Shown here: piece after piece, positions 1 through 13,063 of the stretch
Numbering within the stretch: the stretch's first letter is position 1
How the letters are laid out: every line of letters starts with the position of its first letter
Source of the DNA: Fimbriosthenelais zetlandica
Taxonomy: Eukaryota
Assembly: GCA_977030845.1 (NCBI GenBank)
Contig: OZ365116.1
Coordinates: forward strand, 14,198,001-14,262,000
Direction of reading: 5' to 3'
DNA length: 64,000 bases
Translations under genes and position numbers: made by a program
The notes under the pieces: model-generated
Told to the model about the DNA's origin: nothing
The model's input: the letters and a program-made list of their open reading frames with translations, nothing else
The model's database searches: none

Positions 1-779
1 CTGTATTTCTCTGTAACATGGCTTCGGTGGTATTTACTTAACGCGTTTATATTTCTAAATGCCAGTGATTTGTAAGAGTGAGAAGTCGGAAGGTGTGTGG
101 GAGCGGATGCTGGCAGGGCCGGTGAATGCAGGTTCCATGTTGTCTCGAGGTATTAAGAGCACGATATTAGGAGCTGCTCTTTGAGGGTGAGCAGTTTAAA
201 TTGAGAGACAAGGCAAATCACTTACAGCCACACAGGAGCAGGTAATGTGTTGGTGTGCTGGAGGCGAGGGCCCAGCAATAAAGGCTGATCTATGGTAACT
301 GAGAATAACATGTAGAGATTTATGATGGACTTAAAACTGCACACGGTGGAAGGCTTGAAATGTCATGGGAGCAGCAGGCTGCATACAAGGGAAACAGGAA
401 CCCGGCCCAGGCCAGGTGAGGGGGACATTGCAAAGTTCAGGTCATACACTTTGGGGAAAGCTTTTCACCCATAAACAAAGGTACAAATCTTCATATTATT
501 AGGGAAGGGCTCCTAGGAACTCAACAATATTCCCCACATATGTGATAGAACCTTCCTTATTTCCCTATTTAGCTTCTGCTGTCGACTATCGCAATGGTAT
601 GGAGATCTCATACAAGAGCTTGGCAGGATAACTATCGCAACATATATATCTGCAGCACAGCTTTAAGCTCTTAGATGCCTACTTAAGCAACCCATACTGC
701 CTCTCTAATACATCCTCTTGACAGATATAGACCGACAGCAAATCCCAACAACACAAAACCGGCGCTGTCATTCCAACAA

Positions 780-905
780 AGGCGCGGTCTTCATGCCGCC
801 TAACAAACAGCCTATTGGATTAACAATTCTCCAAGTCGCTCAGCCTCCATCACTTAAAATAACCAACTTCCGGTGTGAAAACGAGGCTCTCAGACATGGG
901 CGGGC
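780..905. promoter_or_regulatory. CpG-retaining promoter-like patch (reverse CCAAT, ETS ACTTCCGGT, GC box)
   Basis: ATTGG at 814-818, ACTTCCGGT at 866-874 and GGGCGGG at 898-904, in a locally CpG-rich stretch. No associated gene was identified. Confidence 0.35.
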
Positions 906-2524
906 TTCAGATGGAGGCCCATTCATGAATGGTGACAGATTTAAATCTGTTTATGAATGCTGCTCGGGCTTAATTTCCCCCCTAGTCTTACGCCACCCTT
1001 ACCAAGACTGATCACTCTCTCCATTCCTCCGTCTGTCACCATGCCAACCCGCTCTCTACCCCCCTAATGCCCTAATCATGTCTGCCTTATTAGATTTTGG
1101 CCTAATTCGGTAATTTTTCAGTGGTTTTATTACCATGTCAGGCGTGTTTGAAGTGCTAGAAGTGTAGGGAGGCAGCCTTCTGTTGTAGGAATGCTTTGTT
1201 AGTGCAAGTCCTCAAATACACGCACAGTATGGGTGCACAACAAATAATTATACGGACCCCAAAGCATATCTCACAATTGTACTGTGTTTCAGTGAAGTGA
1301 TTGGTAAAGAGCATGCAATATTTCGTCTATTTCATAGAAAAATATATTGGAGGCAGTAATAAATTTATTTTTCAGAATTCAGGGAATATTGCTTCAATTC
1401 AATAAATGGGTCAATTTTTCATGGGAATGTGTTCAACACTCTATGCACACTCACGTTGTCAACGCCGAGTGCGCGCCCATATAGGAATGACATCATCATA
1501 AGCCCGCTTTAATCAATACCTCATGCCTTTCATTGCTCCCATCTTTGTGTAATGTTTCACAGTCAATTTCCAAACAGAGTATTTGCCCAGTCATACCTCG
1601 AACAATGCCTGTTTGACTATCAACTTTCCAAACTCCAAACAGCTTTATACCAGAAGCATTTAGGATGTGAGAGGGGTAGACGGGGAATAATGGAAGCAGT
1701 GTGAACGAGAATGTTTACTCTCAATTTTCCTATTCACAATCACTTCTTGCTTAGCATCATCTTAAATATCAGACCAAGTAATGATGTAAAAGTAATTATT
1801 GAATAAATAACCTGCACTAGTTGGGGAGAAGTACATTACTAATCTCAATTGAAATGTTTGTGGCATGGGGTCTTAATGCATATGAAAATGTTCCACTTCC
1901 CTCTGGAACAGGCACAAGTTACAGAGTAGAACCCTGTCACAATATGTGCCTGTTTTTACAGTTAGTCATTTCCTAGAAATTCCGGGGACAATAGTCACAT
2001 CTGTTTCTACAATCTGATTCATCCTGGGGTGCCCGGCCCCCGGACCCATTCCCAACGCAAGACAAATATGGGCGAGGGTGTGTGTGACCTAACCCTCAAA
2101 GCCCTATTACCCCCGTTTTCCGTCTCCCTTCGATCCACCATCCCCTCCAAACACCCCTATGCACCCACCATTTTTTACTCTTTCCCAAGTTTTTTTTTTG
2201 CCTCATCAATAGAATTATATTGTGTCCGTGTGCCCAAAGCATCCTGGCACTTGTCAGTGTGTTCCCACTTCATGTCACCATCATTATCAACTCAGCTGCA
2301 TTTATGATATGGCAGGTCTGCATATTGTTATGTCTCATGAGAGGCTCAACATACCAAAGGTAAAGAGTTCAAGGACTAATGCAAATAGCCTTAAACAGTT
2401 AGTGCTGGATCATATATATATACAGAATATCTACATCCCAAAATCTTGGATGATTTCTGGATAAATTTCCTGACAATAGGAAGAGTGAGATGGTGAGTAA
2501 GGTAAGGAAGATTGGGGGGTTTAT

Positions 2525-2750
2525 CAGCCACGTGACGGCCCACGTGATCGCCTCGGTAATGTGACATCATCTCAGCTTTATTCTCAGCCAATCGGGCATT
2601 ACCTGCGGCACGCATGCGCGCTCATGAATTGATCATTTCCGGCGTGCCTCTCTCAATATTAGCTGAGGATTCCCGGGGCAAGGGGAGGAAGTGGGAAGAG
2701 CAGGGCTGGGATTTCCCTTCTAACACCTCGCAGTGTGCGCGCGCATCAGG
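2525..2750. promoter_or_regulatory. Promoter-like CpG island: tandem E-boxes, CCAAT, NRF1-like and ETS-like sites
   Basis: CACGTG at 2529-2534 and 2541-2546; AGCCAATC at about 2586-2593; GCACGCATGCGCGC at 2608-2621; TTTCCGG at about 2636-2642; GTGCGCGCGC near 2735. High CpG density against a depleted background. Confidence 0.55.
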
Positions 2751-3549
2751 CTGGACTTGATTAAGGGTATTATTATAACGTCCCCCATTGATCGGGGGAG
2801 CCATGGTGAAAGATTCTCCCCTCCATAACCCCCACATCCCAAAATTCACCACCAGCATCCATTAAAGGAACCTGCTAACACATATTCAGGTGATATACTA
2901 GACAAGATATCTTCCCCCAGAAATCAAAGAATTGTCAATTGATATGAAAAAGATTCTCCTAAATTCCGTAGAACTTTGATGAAGAATCTAGCAAGTAGCA
3001 TGGATCCACAGATGTGGCTTGAAATCCTTCTATTAGTACCATCACATGTTCTACATGCATGGGACAGGTGCCTTAAGGAGGATGTTATTCTGTTTGGTTA
3101 AAGCAAGCAAAAACAATCTATCTGAAAAAAGATAAAATCAGATTCCACTCCCCACATCCTTTAGATTAGCCTCACTAATTGGGGTCGGGCCTAAATTTCA
3201 GTGTAAAAACATAACATGGTGTTTCAAATTACCATGATATTAACATGCCATTAACCTAAATGTTCTATCCACCTTCCCTTCGATTAAAGTGGATCTTGAA
3301 TTAGAAAAATGTTAAAAGGATCCATCAACTCACTTTGAAAATTGGATCGACATATAAAGTAAACTGGCTTTAAATGTACATAGGATCTAGTGTTTGAGAA
3401 GGTTCGCTTGTAATACAGTATTTTATGAACAGGAATGTTCAGAGAGGCCCTGGTCCTGCAGAATAATTGAGTAATGTACATGGCTTCATGAAAAGGTGAC
3501 CCTTCTTCAGCGAGTAAATCAGTCAACGGACCATGCAATACCATCATTT

Positions 3550-4440
3550 GTGGTGGTTATGGAGAAGTTGCATGATGTTTCTAAAGCCAAGCTTCTGTAT
3601 TCCTCATCAAGTATACATACCTCCTCATAGATCTCCCCGGCTCTACCAACTGACCATCCAAATAGAGGCAGACAGGAGGACTACCACAATGAAGGTCCAA
3701 ATATAGCCGCAAACAGGTATAAGGCCATGGTGGAAAGGCTTCGCTTTCAAAACATTATATGTTACAGGGAGGAAAAGACAGCTTTCTGTGGGGTCTATAA
3801 CTCTTCATATGCAGTGTATGGGTAGTATATAGATGGTAAAATGGAACTCCATGGCTGGGAGGAAAATAGAGAGCCTGAACTCATGGTCAGCAATCAGTGC
3901 ATTACAGCAAGGTGTTGTAAAGATGCTCATACAAAATTTTAGCCATGTAGAAAGGCTGTCACAATGGGTCACCCAGGAGCAGAACGAATCTATCAGAATA
4001 TTCTCTGTGTTAGGTGAAATGTTCGCTATGTGATTTGTCTTAATGAGCAAAGGCAGCGATCATAAACTTATGTTTAGTCAAGGTTACCAAGGCTGAAGAA
4101 TTCTCTAACCAGACTACAGCACTGCTTAGAAACTTGAGTAAGTCACATTAATTGATTGCAGTTGCAAGACATTTACTGATTCATGAAGCAAAAATATTGG
4201 GAAAGAACATAAGTGAAAGCAATTTAAGTGTATCCTTTCTTAAATCCTGGTCTGAATATGCAACAACCTGTAGTCCTTAACAAGAGAACCAAAGTGTTCA
4301 GTTAATAAGGAACATGCCTTGGGCAGGCAGAGACCACAGGATAATATAAAAAGATGGAAATAAATGTACATTAAATCAGACTGAAGCTTTGGGGGAATCT
4401 CCCGTTACAAGACTGGGAATATTCATGATATGGTAAGGTC
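3550..4440 (+). mobile_element. Highly degraded Ty3/Gypsy pol (RNase H/integrase) relic
   Basis: Frameshifted fragments occur in the expected order: VMEKLHD (3550; compare AVTEKFHD), GCH..MGHPGAERIY (about 3952-3995; integrase H2C2 GHPG motif), NQTTA (about 4107), IHE..GKNISESNL (about 4179-4227; compare IHSDQGxNFES), and KCT..GESP (about 4360-4405). Many stops. Recognised by eye only. Confidence 0.35.
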
Positions 4441-7400
4441 TGGAGTGAGCAAGGTCTTGTTCATTAGTGAGTTGAGATAATTCTATGTGTACCATACTAA
4501 TGAGCTTATTGTCTCATCAGAACATTAAATACTTACAACTCATTCAGTCTAACTGCTAAATTCCTCCATTTACATGAAGGCATGTCGAGTTCCACTCATC
4601 TTTAGCTGGCAATCAAGACTTTATACAATTCCCATCTGTGCTAAATCTATCCAAAGCACAATTTAGTCCCATTGAATTGCTAAATGAATGCATTTAAATT
4701 TTGACCTGATGTAGAAGTGAGAAAAACATGTTTATATATGAGAGAATCATTCTTCAATACCTGTTTGGGACCTGAGTTATAAAATTCAATTAAGAGAAGG
4801 CTCTAGAAGGTTGAGTTGTTGGTAGAGGTCACCTCTATGGGGCAGTGCAAACTTGTGATGAAATCTCGAGGGGTGGGGGCGTCTATTCCTTCCTCAGCCT
4901 CCTCACACTGCCAATATAATTAGCACAGGGCTCCTCCCAGGGTCAGACTGTCTGTCTGTGAGGGACAGTGATAGACAGTTACAACCACTCACAATTGCAT
5001 GCATTTCCAAGGTGTGGGAGGCACTTCCTCCATATAAAAGACAACATCTAAAGCACATCAACCCAAGGCTTTGAAAAGAAAAAAAACGATGACCTTGCTT
5101 TTCTGCGTTTTTGCGAAGTTGTCTTCAAAGTGTTGACGTGTTTCATCGAGTCAAACGAGAAATATTTTTTGGCTTGTCTTTACATGAATTCCCTGAAGGC
5201 ATTTCAGAGAGACGTTTAATAAAGGCAGGGCTTAACAAGTTGAGTTGATGGCTGAAGCTTCAGCCAGTCTGGTCATTGACGAGACAGGGTCATTCTACCC
5301 TGACCCGCCCCTTCCATGTCCCTTCCTCCTACTCTCAGCCCCTCAATCTTACACCTCAAGCTCCGAGAGAAGATTTTTCAGATTGTCCAAACTATATGTA
5401 GGTCATGAAATTTCCGACATATTCTTCATGAAGTGCAATCGAGACAATTCTAAAATGTTTATTAGAGAGGGCATTATCTATGGCAAAATTGTGTATAGAA
5501 ATAATGATGAAACATTGCAATAGGGAGGCCTACATTGATTATCTTTTAACACAACTGACATATTATGGGTGAAAAGACTCTTAAAGCATAAGTTGAGTGT
5601 CAACTCCATGGCTCCAAAGAGGGCATCACATAACGAACCCTCCTAGGTGCCACTAATAGAGCTGGTGTAAGCATCGATACTCAAAGGAGCAACCTAAGAC
5701 GGTAGCATGGCCACACAATTAAATTACCATAGCACCACCAAGGAGACGTGGCTGAGAGACCATGAGGACTGTGGTGGCCGGGATTTCTCTCATCCCATGT
5801 GGCTGAGGCCCTTTCTGAGGCCCAGTAACAGGGCCTGGGTTCTCGTCTGGTGTTTGCGTGTGCCGATTGGCTGGTGGCATTACATTACACAACCGAGCTC
5901 TTTGTTTTTAAAGACCTGTTCTTTTTAATCCTGGTGGCAACAGGAGGAAATGTTTCTCCAACCACATTAGAAGGAAGGGCAAACCACACTGGAGGGCCTC
6001 AGATTTAATTATGATCTTCTGCTTTCTGGATTTGAAGATATTTTTCAGTTCATCCTATAGATTGTTATAAAAAGTTCAGGCATTATAGTTGAACTATAGA
6101 TGTTTGTTTTGTCCTTTCAACTCAGGAATGTCAAGGGTAGCATCTGGGTTATTTCATGTAGAAACCACATGAAGGAAAACCTACATTCGTCACATATGTT
6201 TTGGCTGACCAACACCTTCTTAATATTCTTTACAAGTTCCATATCTAACTCACTGCACGTACATTGGCGATAAAGATATTTTTTGCTTGTCTTTAGATAT
6301 TGATTCCATCCTGTCGATATGAGTCCATTAGAGATATTTACATTGCCCTCCGCATTCTGTTTTCAGTCTTTATTATCGTTAGATCAAACGAACAAGGGCT
6401 TTTATGAATATTGAGACATCAAAGTATGGACTAATGAAACAGTCGCATGGTTGTCACATGACTGCAGCATGGTGGTCATACCAGGCGTGTTTGGTAGGTG
6501 GCGCTAGTCATGGAGATGAAAGACAGGCCATCCCAGGGAACCGTGCAGACCAAAGCTCTCTTTGATTGTTTTTCCGCAAAAAAAAGCTGACTCATTGTGG
6601 AATGTCGTGGTCATTTTTTTCAGAGTTGCCGAGAAAAAATGGCCTGATTTATATGAGGGATACCTTTAACAACATTAGGAGTTCCATAGGTTATTTTGCA
6701 GAAAGTGACGCTTCACAGTATTTCCCTTAACACCCTAAAAATGAAGTGCTTCACTTCATCATGGTCTAAGCCTAGTTGAGACATGGCCACCATTCGTTTC
6801 ATTTAAGAGATCTGCGAGCACCAAATGGTTGAGTACCTAAGAGGCTTTGCTTGACACCCAGATCTGTCATGAGGTGGCAGGGGTGTGGTTACCTGGGTGA
6901 GTCTATTAATATGAGCTCAGTAAGTCTACACTCTCCACTATACTGATTATGTATGTTTTACCTCAGTGGGGTTAATTAATATTCTCAGTAATCACCAGCT
7001 GCTATACCCAATCTGGAATAGTATGTGAACATAAAAACCACAAGTGAACTGATAAACTGAAACTGCAATAACTTCTTAAATGGAACATTGGAAAATGTAA
7101 ACATTTCATATTCGACAAAATGCCAAACTGACCTGCTTTTCACTGCATTGCATATTTAATTTCTTGTAGTCAATTCAACTCGTTCCTATTGCAGACGTCC
7201 AATTTGGATGAATGTTAAATCAGAGCAAAAGCTGCACGTACTTGGTAAATAACCAAATAGTGCCCTCTCTTTCCAGGCGGGGCCGTTCATCTCCCAGTCT
7301 GTGAATGGAGGACCGAGGTATTGGGAGATAACTGATTGATAGACAATACCTGAGGGAGACTCGGCTTGCGAAGAACCACGAAAAAATGCATCTGAGAAGA

Positions 7401-7969
7401 GATGTAAGTCCTGCTTGTGTATTAGAGCAGGGGGAATAATCAGGCAGCAGTGAGGACGACTAATTGATATGGATGACTATGTGTTGATTGATTGCTTTCT
7501 GATGAACAGCCAGGGGTCAGAAACTCAGAAACTCATGCATCAGGTTATATACCAAAAAGTAGTTATTATGAACAAAAATGGCAGACAATTTCACGCCCAT
7601 ATCCAGATGGTAACAGGAATTGCGCATGGAGCTTTGCAGGTTTTTTAATTTAAATTCAAGTAGCGTGCCCAGGTGGCCCTGAACTGGGACGCTGTGAGAA
7701 ACACGCGAGATTTCTTGTTGCCTCTTATTAGTAAAGTTGGTGGCGAGTCTGTAAGAGGGATGTGTGAATGTGGAAGTGGCATGAGTGAAGGTGTCTGATA
7801 TAGGGGCGGCTGCTGCTCACTCAATTCACGGAGAGCAATAAGCAGTCTAACTCAAGAGTGAGAGTGGAAACCAATCACTTCTCCACTACAAATTTTCCCC
7901 AATCCTCATCTGAGGTGGGTTTATAATTAATTTCCTATCGAAGGGTATGTATTTGGGGACATATATAAA

Positions 7970-8140
7970 TGTGATGGCCGCCATGTTTAAAAAATCACAA
8001 CAGGAAGTGACGCTTCCTGTGCTGCTCAGTTTTGACCAATCAGAGGTCACCAATCCCAATTGCCTCTACAGGCAAAGACCAGAACTATACTCTTCATTCT
8101 GATTGGCTAACCCAACATCTTGGACAAAGAATGGTGGCCC
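7970..8140. promoter_or_regulatory. Promoter-like cluster (YY1, ETS, three CCAAT boxes)
   Basis: ATGGCCGCCATGTTT (YY1-like, about 7974-7988), CAGGAAGTGA (about 8000-8010), GACCAATCAG (about 8033-8042), CACCAATC (about 8048-8055), CTGATTGGCT (about 8099-8108). Confidence 0.5.
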
Positions 8141-9934
8141 CCATATATTTCTAATTCAGGGACAAATCATCACATTTAGGAATTGGTTTCTATCTCCAAA
8201 GACATCAGACGGCTATAATTCGTTTTAGTGAAGTCAAGTATATAAGGTCAGAACTAGCTGGGATCATAATTCTATACCTGATGTTTCAAAGAAAGATCAT
8301 GGTGCAGGGTTACATTTTAAACCTGGTATGAACACCATCCACCTCAACATTGCTTCTAGGACAATGTCATCCTTCAATATAAGTCCATTACAGTCGGGAG
8401 AGTTAAAGCGAGATGAATATGGTGAAAAGTAACCTATTCACTGGAGGGAAAGACTGGAGTATATAGAGGTGAATCTGCCACATGAACATCCCTCATCCAG
8501 TCTCTAACCTCCCTCACCCCTCTTTACACTACACGCACACACCACAATACACACATTCACCATCAATAAATGAATACGAGGGGTCACCTCACCCCGCATC
8601 AGACTAACCTACTCCGGCCCTGTTCTTGTCCTAAACAGAAAATCGTCCAGATTGATGGATCACCGGATGATGCATGGATTTCTGATCGCCATTTTCTATG
8701 AGGCCCTCATATTGATTTTTCTTACAGAGTATAGGTTTAGGGCGAAGTCTCCCAATGCACACTCTTGAATAAAAGTTGAGTGGACTTGAAAATTACTTTC
8801 TCTCCGAGATGGAGTAGAAAGAAAATATAGTGGATGGGATAAGGTCTGAATGAGTAGCATATGAAATAAGGTGACATGGTGAGGGAAGTAAAAGGGACAT
8901 ACATAGGTGGAAGGAAGAAAGGGGGAGCACAGGGCTCAGGAGGACGTCTGAAGAAGGAAGCCATACAAAGCGGATGGCTTACAAAAGATTGGTTAAGAGT
9001 TTGGCAAGCAGACTGCCACTGCAGTAGTGTATAGGCATCCTGCTATGTTATACTGGCCTAATGCTTCCTCCAGGCCAGAGGTCGGTACCTGGAGGAAGGC
9101 AGTTCCTCTATACCACCTCCAAACCCCCCAGCGGCCCATACTAACACTCAGCTAATAAAATCCCCTCCCACACCTGGCCCCCTGCCAGTTTACTGCCACC
9201 TTAGTGTTTTTTCAATCTTAATATTTAATGAGCAATATGCATGGTGAGCATGATAATAGCTCTACTTGTATTCCTGGAGGTGTTGTATAACAAAGAGCTT
9301 TGTAACTGATCTATTGTTTCTCTGGCAAGCTCCTATATATATATGGGAAAGCTACATATTTCAATAAACAGACCTGTCAAGTTGCCTCAGAACCTGGACG
9401 CATTTTAGACTCAGGTGCGCGGAAATAAAAACTCACGATGTGACTTCATATTGCTTTGTCAACGAATGAATATGAAAAAGTTGGAATCAAAAAAAGCCAG
9501 GAGGCAAAAACGAAGTCACTTAGTGAGATTGTCGTGAAGGAGTGTGGAGGGAGGAGGAGGCCTAGTGGGGAGACCTTGAAGGTCAGACTAACCTCGTACG
9601 TCCTGACGCAATGAAATTAGCCTCGTTTATTACAGACGTCTCCAATGAGGAGAGGCGAGTTATTAAAACATATTGTTTGTATATATTAGCACCAGGGGGC
9701 AGAGTGGTGGTCGACATGTGAGATCCCACTCAGCCTCCACCTCATTGTGTAAACTCATTAACTACAGGCATTTTTTAAACGAGGTTTTTATGACGTTAAT
9801 GAGTTTTTGCACGCGGGATCATGGCACATGGAACTGGTGGAGTCTGATATAACTTGTTATAGAACACAACTTATATTTAATTATTAAACTTTTTGAGAGG
9901 ACAAACATAAACTGAGGCTTCTAGACTGAACCCT

Positions 9935-10035
9935 CTATCTCTCTCTCCCTCTTTCTATCTCTGTCTCTCTCTCAGTCTCTCAGTATCTGTCTGTTTGTGT
10001 GTCTGTCTGTCTGTCACTCTCCTCACACTCTCTCT
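9935..10035. repeat. (TC)n/(TGTC)n compound microsatellite
   Basis: Runs such as tctctctctccctctttctatctctgtctctctctcag and tgtctgtctgtctgtc. Confidence 0.85.
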
Positions 10036-10733
10036 GAATGTTACCTGTGACAAATAGAGACTGAATGAAATGAATCAACTGAGTCAAGGTTAACATTAGG
10101 GATATAGTGATAAATCACTGCCTCAGGTAGAGGAGTGCATCAATCAGAAAATCCTTGATGGAAGTAGAGATTTACGTGATCAATTAGTGAAGTATCCGCC
10201 TGACCTTTACATATACACAATCAATTATCACAGAGCACAGTGAGCAATCCACCTATGTAACTCTCAAATAATTCAATTATGGCATATTATTATCCACTAT
10301 ATGTAAATGCCGCAATTGTGTTTCAATTCTATGACAAGGTATTTAATATTCATCATCATTTCCTCAGGTAAAGTGATGGGATGTGAAGGCAGCAATATAG
10401 GGGCCAAAAGGTTTCTATACGGGGTCAACATATGAATGTTTCATGTGCCTCATCAGCTCAATCCACACACCATTTGACCTTGGTTCCCCTTGTTTACCTT
10501 ATCTCAATAATTATAGTGAACAGAGCCAAGAGGATCTCATGTATGTGGACGACCGGCCATTAATTTAATGTGACTGATGGATGTTGGATAAATATTTGAT
10601 ACTTTTAAACCAGAAAGTTTACTTAAAACCCTGGTTACTACTCTAAGCTGGGATTACCAGGGAATCACATTATGGAGTAAGATATGAATTAAGATGCCTG
10701 AGACATTTACAGCACTAAGTCCAATCGAGTGAG

Positions 10734-10880
10734 CTATACATTTGTACTTGGGTACCTGCAAGTGTGTCATTGCATCGGCTACCAACTACTAAAATTCCCA
10801 TTGAGTGAGCATGCTATGTAGTGTATATAAATGACCCTATACACTTGTACTAGGGTACCTGTAAGTATGTCATTGTACGA
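10734..10880 (+). repeat. Imperfect 44-bp direct repeat, offset 103 bp
   Basis: ctatacatttgtacttgggtacctgcaagtgtgtcattgcatcg (10734-10777) versus ctatacacttgtactagggtacctgtaagtatgtcattgtacga (10837-10880). Confidence 0.8.
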
Positions 10881-12807
10881 GCTTCTCATCCCCCACTCAA
10901 TACATTCATTGTGTTGACGGAGTGCCATCCTGAATAAAAGATAAACCAGGGATTCAAACCCTTCTCTGCGGCAAACTCCAAAGTATTTCACCCACCATGA
11001 CGCTTCAATGGCTGCAATTTACATTTAAAGCCATTTCAGCTAAAACCCAGTGAGAATGATAGGGGGCTAAGTGAGGAGAGGGGTGGGCAAGGTAAAGAGG
11101 ATGGGGAGTGTTTTGGCGCGTGGAAGGCTGGAAACATTGCCTAATCATGCCTTCACTGGCCGCCTCTCATGCCGTCAGTGTGTGACTGCTGTGGCTATGA
11201 ATATTTCATTTAAGAAGGGAGACTGGAACGCGGGCTGGCTGGGATCCAGTCGCTAAGCTGTACCCGCCGACCTTCGCATGCCTTTCCCTCCCCCATATCC
11301 TTACTTCCATCTGGAATTTGTCCTGCTTTCTCTGAAGCTATTTGAGTTCAACGACTGCTAGGTGAAACCCAAGGTTTAAAAAACAAGAAGAGAAGGGTTC
11401 AACTAGATACATGTGAACTCATGTATGTATCTGGTATTCATCATATGAGAACAAGACGAGTTCATTCTCTATACTTGCCTCATGGGAGAAATTTAGTTTC
11501 ATGATTTTGGTTAAGGTCATTTCTTGCCTCAGTTCGTGCTTCAGCGCACTTTAGTACTGAGAAATGCAACCTTTCCCAGATCTAAGCCAGTATACTAACC
11601 TCATCCCTGCTCAACTCTATCCTAGCTTATATAATACCACCCTTTTCCCCTCCATTAATTCTTACACTCAATAAACGCAACCCAAGTCAGGCCGCCTCAG
11701 TATGGTGGCGGCCATAGTGTACTCATGTCTGTTTCTACAGGATCCATGGAACAAGGGAGGTCAGGGAACATTCCTCCTGCTCGATACCTTTATATAAGGA
11801 CATCTTCATATGGGTAACTCACCAGATAAATTCATATATGGCCACAATCCGAATGAGTAGTATATGGAAATGGTGTATAATACTAAAATCTAGTTAAATT
11901 ACCGTATGTTAGATCTCGATTGTCATGAAATATTGTTTGTAAGTAGTATAGGCAATGAGGGCTAATATGCAGGGGTCTCTTAAAATAATAATTCCACCCA
12001 TATTATGTGTCCTTGGCCTTTTTTTCCCCTGGTTCGCCAGAACTGAATGACACAAGCCTGTAAAGCAGGCAGAAACAATGGGAGCAATCAGGCTTGTCGG
12101 GAGCGGGGAGAGGAGGCTTCCTACCATCCACTCTAGCCATGTAACAATGTCCGCGGTACTCTCACTCAAAACTAGACTGGCCTCAGCCTAAACCTCGACT
12201 TCTTCCTCTGAGAAAACCAGGCGCATAATAATAGACATATTTCTCAAAACAAGGGTGAATTGTATAGGTTAAATCTCTACTGCATTGGTTCAAGATGAGT
12301 CATGTGATTGTGGAGTTAAATCTGGCTTTAATACAACTATTTAACAACTATAAGTACATGGTTAAAAATGTATGTTATTACCAGAGAAAAATAAGAGAGT
12401 GGACCGCAAAATAAAACGGGAAAATATAGAAGAATGGTTAAATAAATAATCGAAATAAAAGGCCAAAACAAATGCGCTGGTGCAAGTCTATGTTTGGAGG
12501 TCCTCCGCCAATAACTAATGGCGATAAAGAGACTAATGTGATCCTCTATTGGCCATTGTTTCCCGCGAGCTGTGGCCGGCACAGACACATTTATTTACTG
12601 TATTGACGCCTTATCCCTCTCCTTCCTTTCCCTCAGCCTCAATATTTCATGCGGCACACTATGCGGTGAGGGCAGTTACGACTAACAACCTGTCTGCCAC
12701 ATTTCCAGACGAGAAGATGTAGCAGATCGGGGAATGGATTCTGAACAATATATAAAGTAGTAATGGAGTTTCTTGTAGCTTTAAATCTGGGTCAAAATGG
12801 TTGCGTA

Positions 12808-13063
12808 ATGCTTTAAATGCGAATATTTAAACGTCTAAAAAGCTTTAATACCCCCAATGTGCCTTCAAAGCTTTAAACGCCCATGTCTCCGAAGCTTGAA
12901 ACGTCCATGGCAAGGCTTTAAATGCCCATGGTGCCTGCAAAGCTTTCAAGGCCCAGGTCTGCAAAGCTTTAAACGCCTATGGTGCCTGCAAAACTTTTAA
13001 CGCCCTTTGTGGCTGCAATGCTTTAAACGCCCATGGTGGCTGCAATGCTTTAAGCACCCATGG
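12808..13063 (+). repeat. About 27-bp degenerate minisatellite (consensus gctttaaacgcccatggtggctgcaat), roughly 10 units
   Basis: Recurring gctttaaa(c/t)gccc(a)tgg cores, most regular between about 12900 and 13063. Confidence 0.9.
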
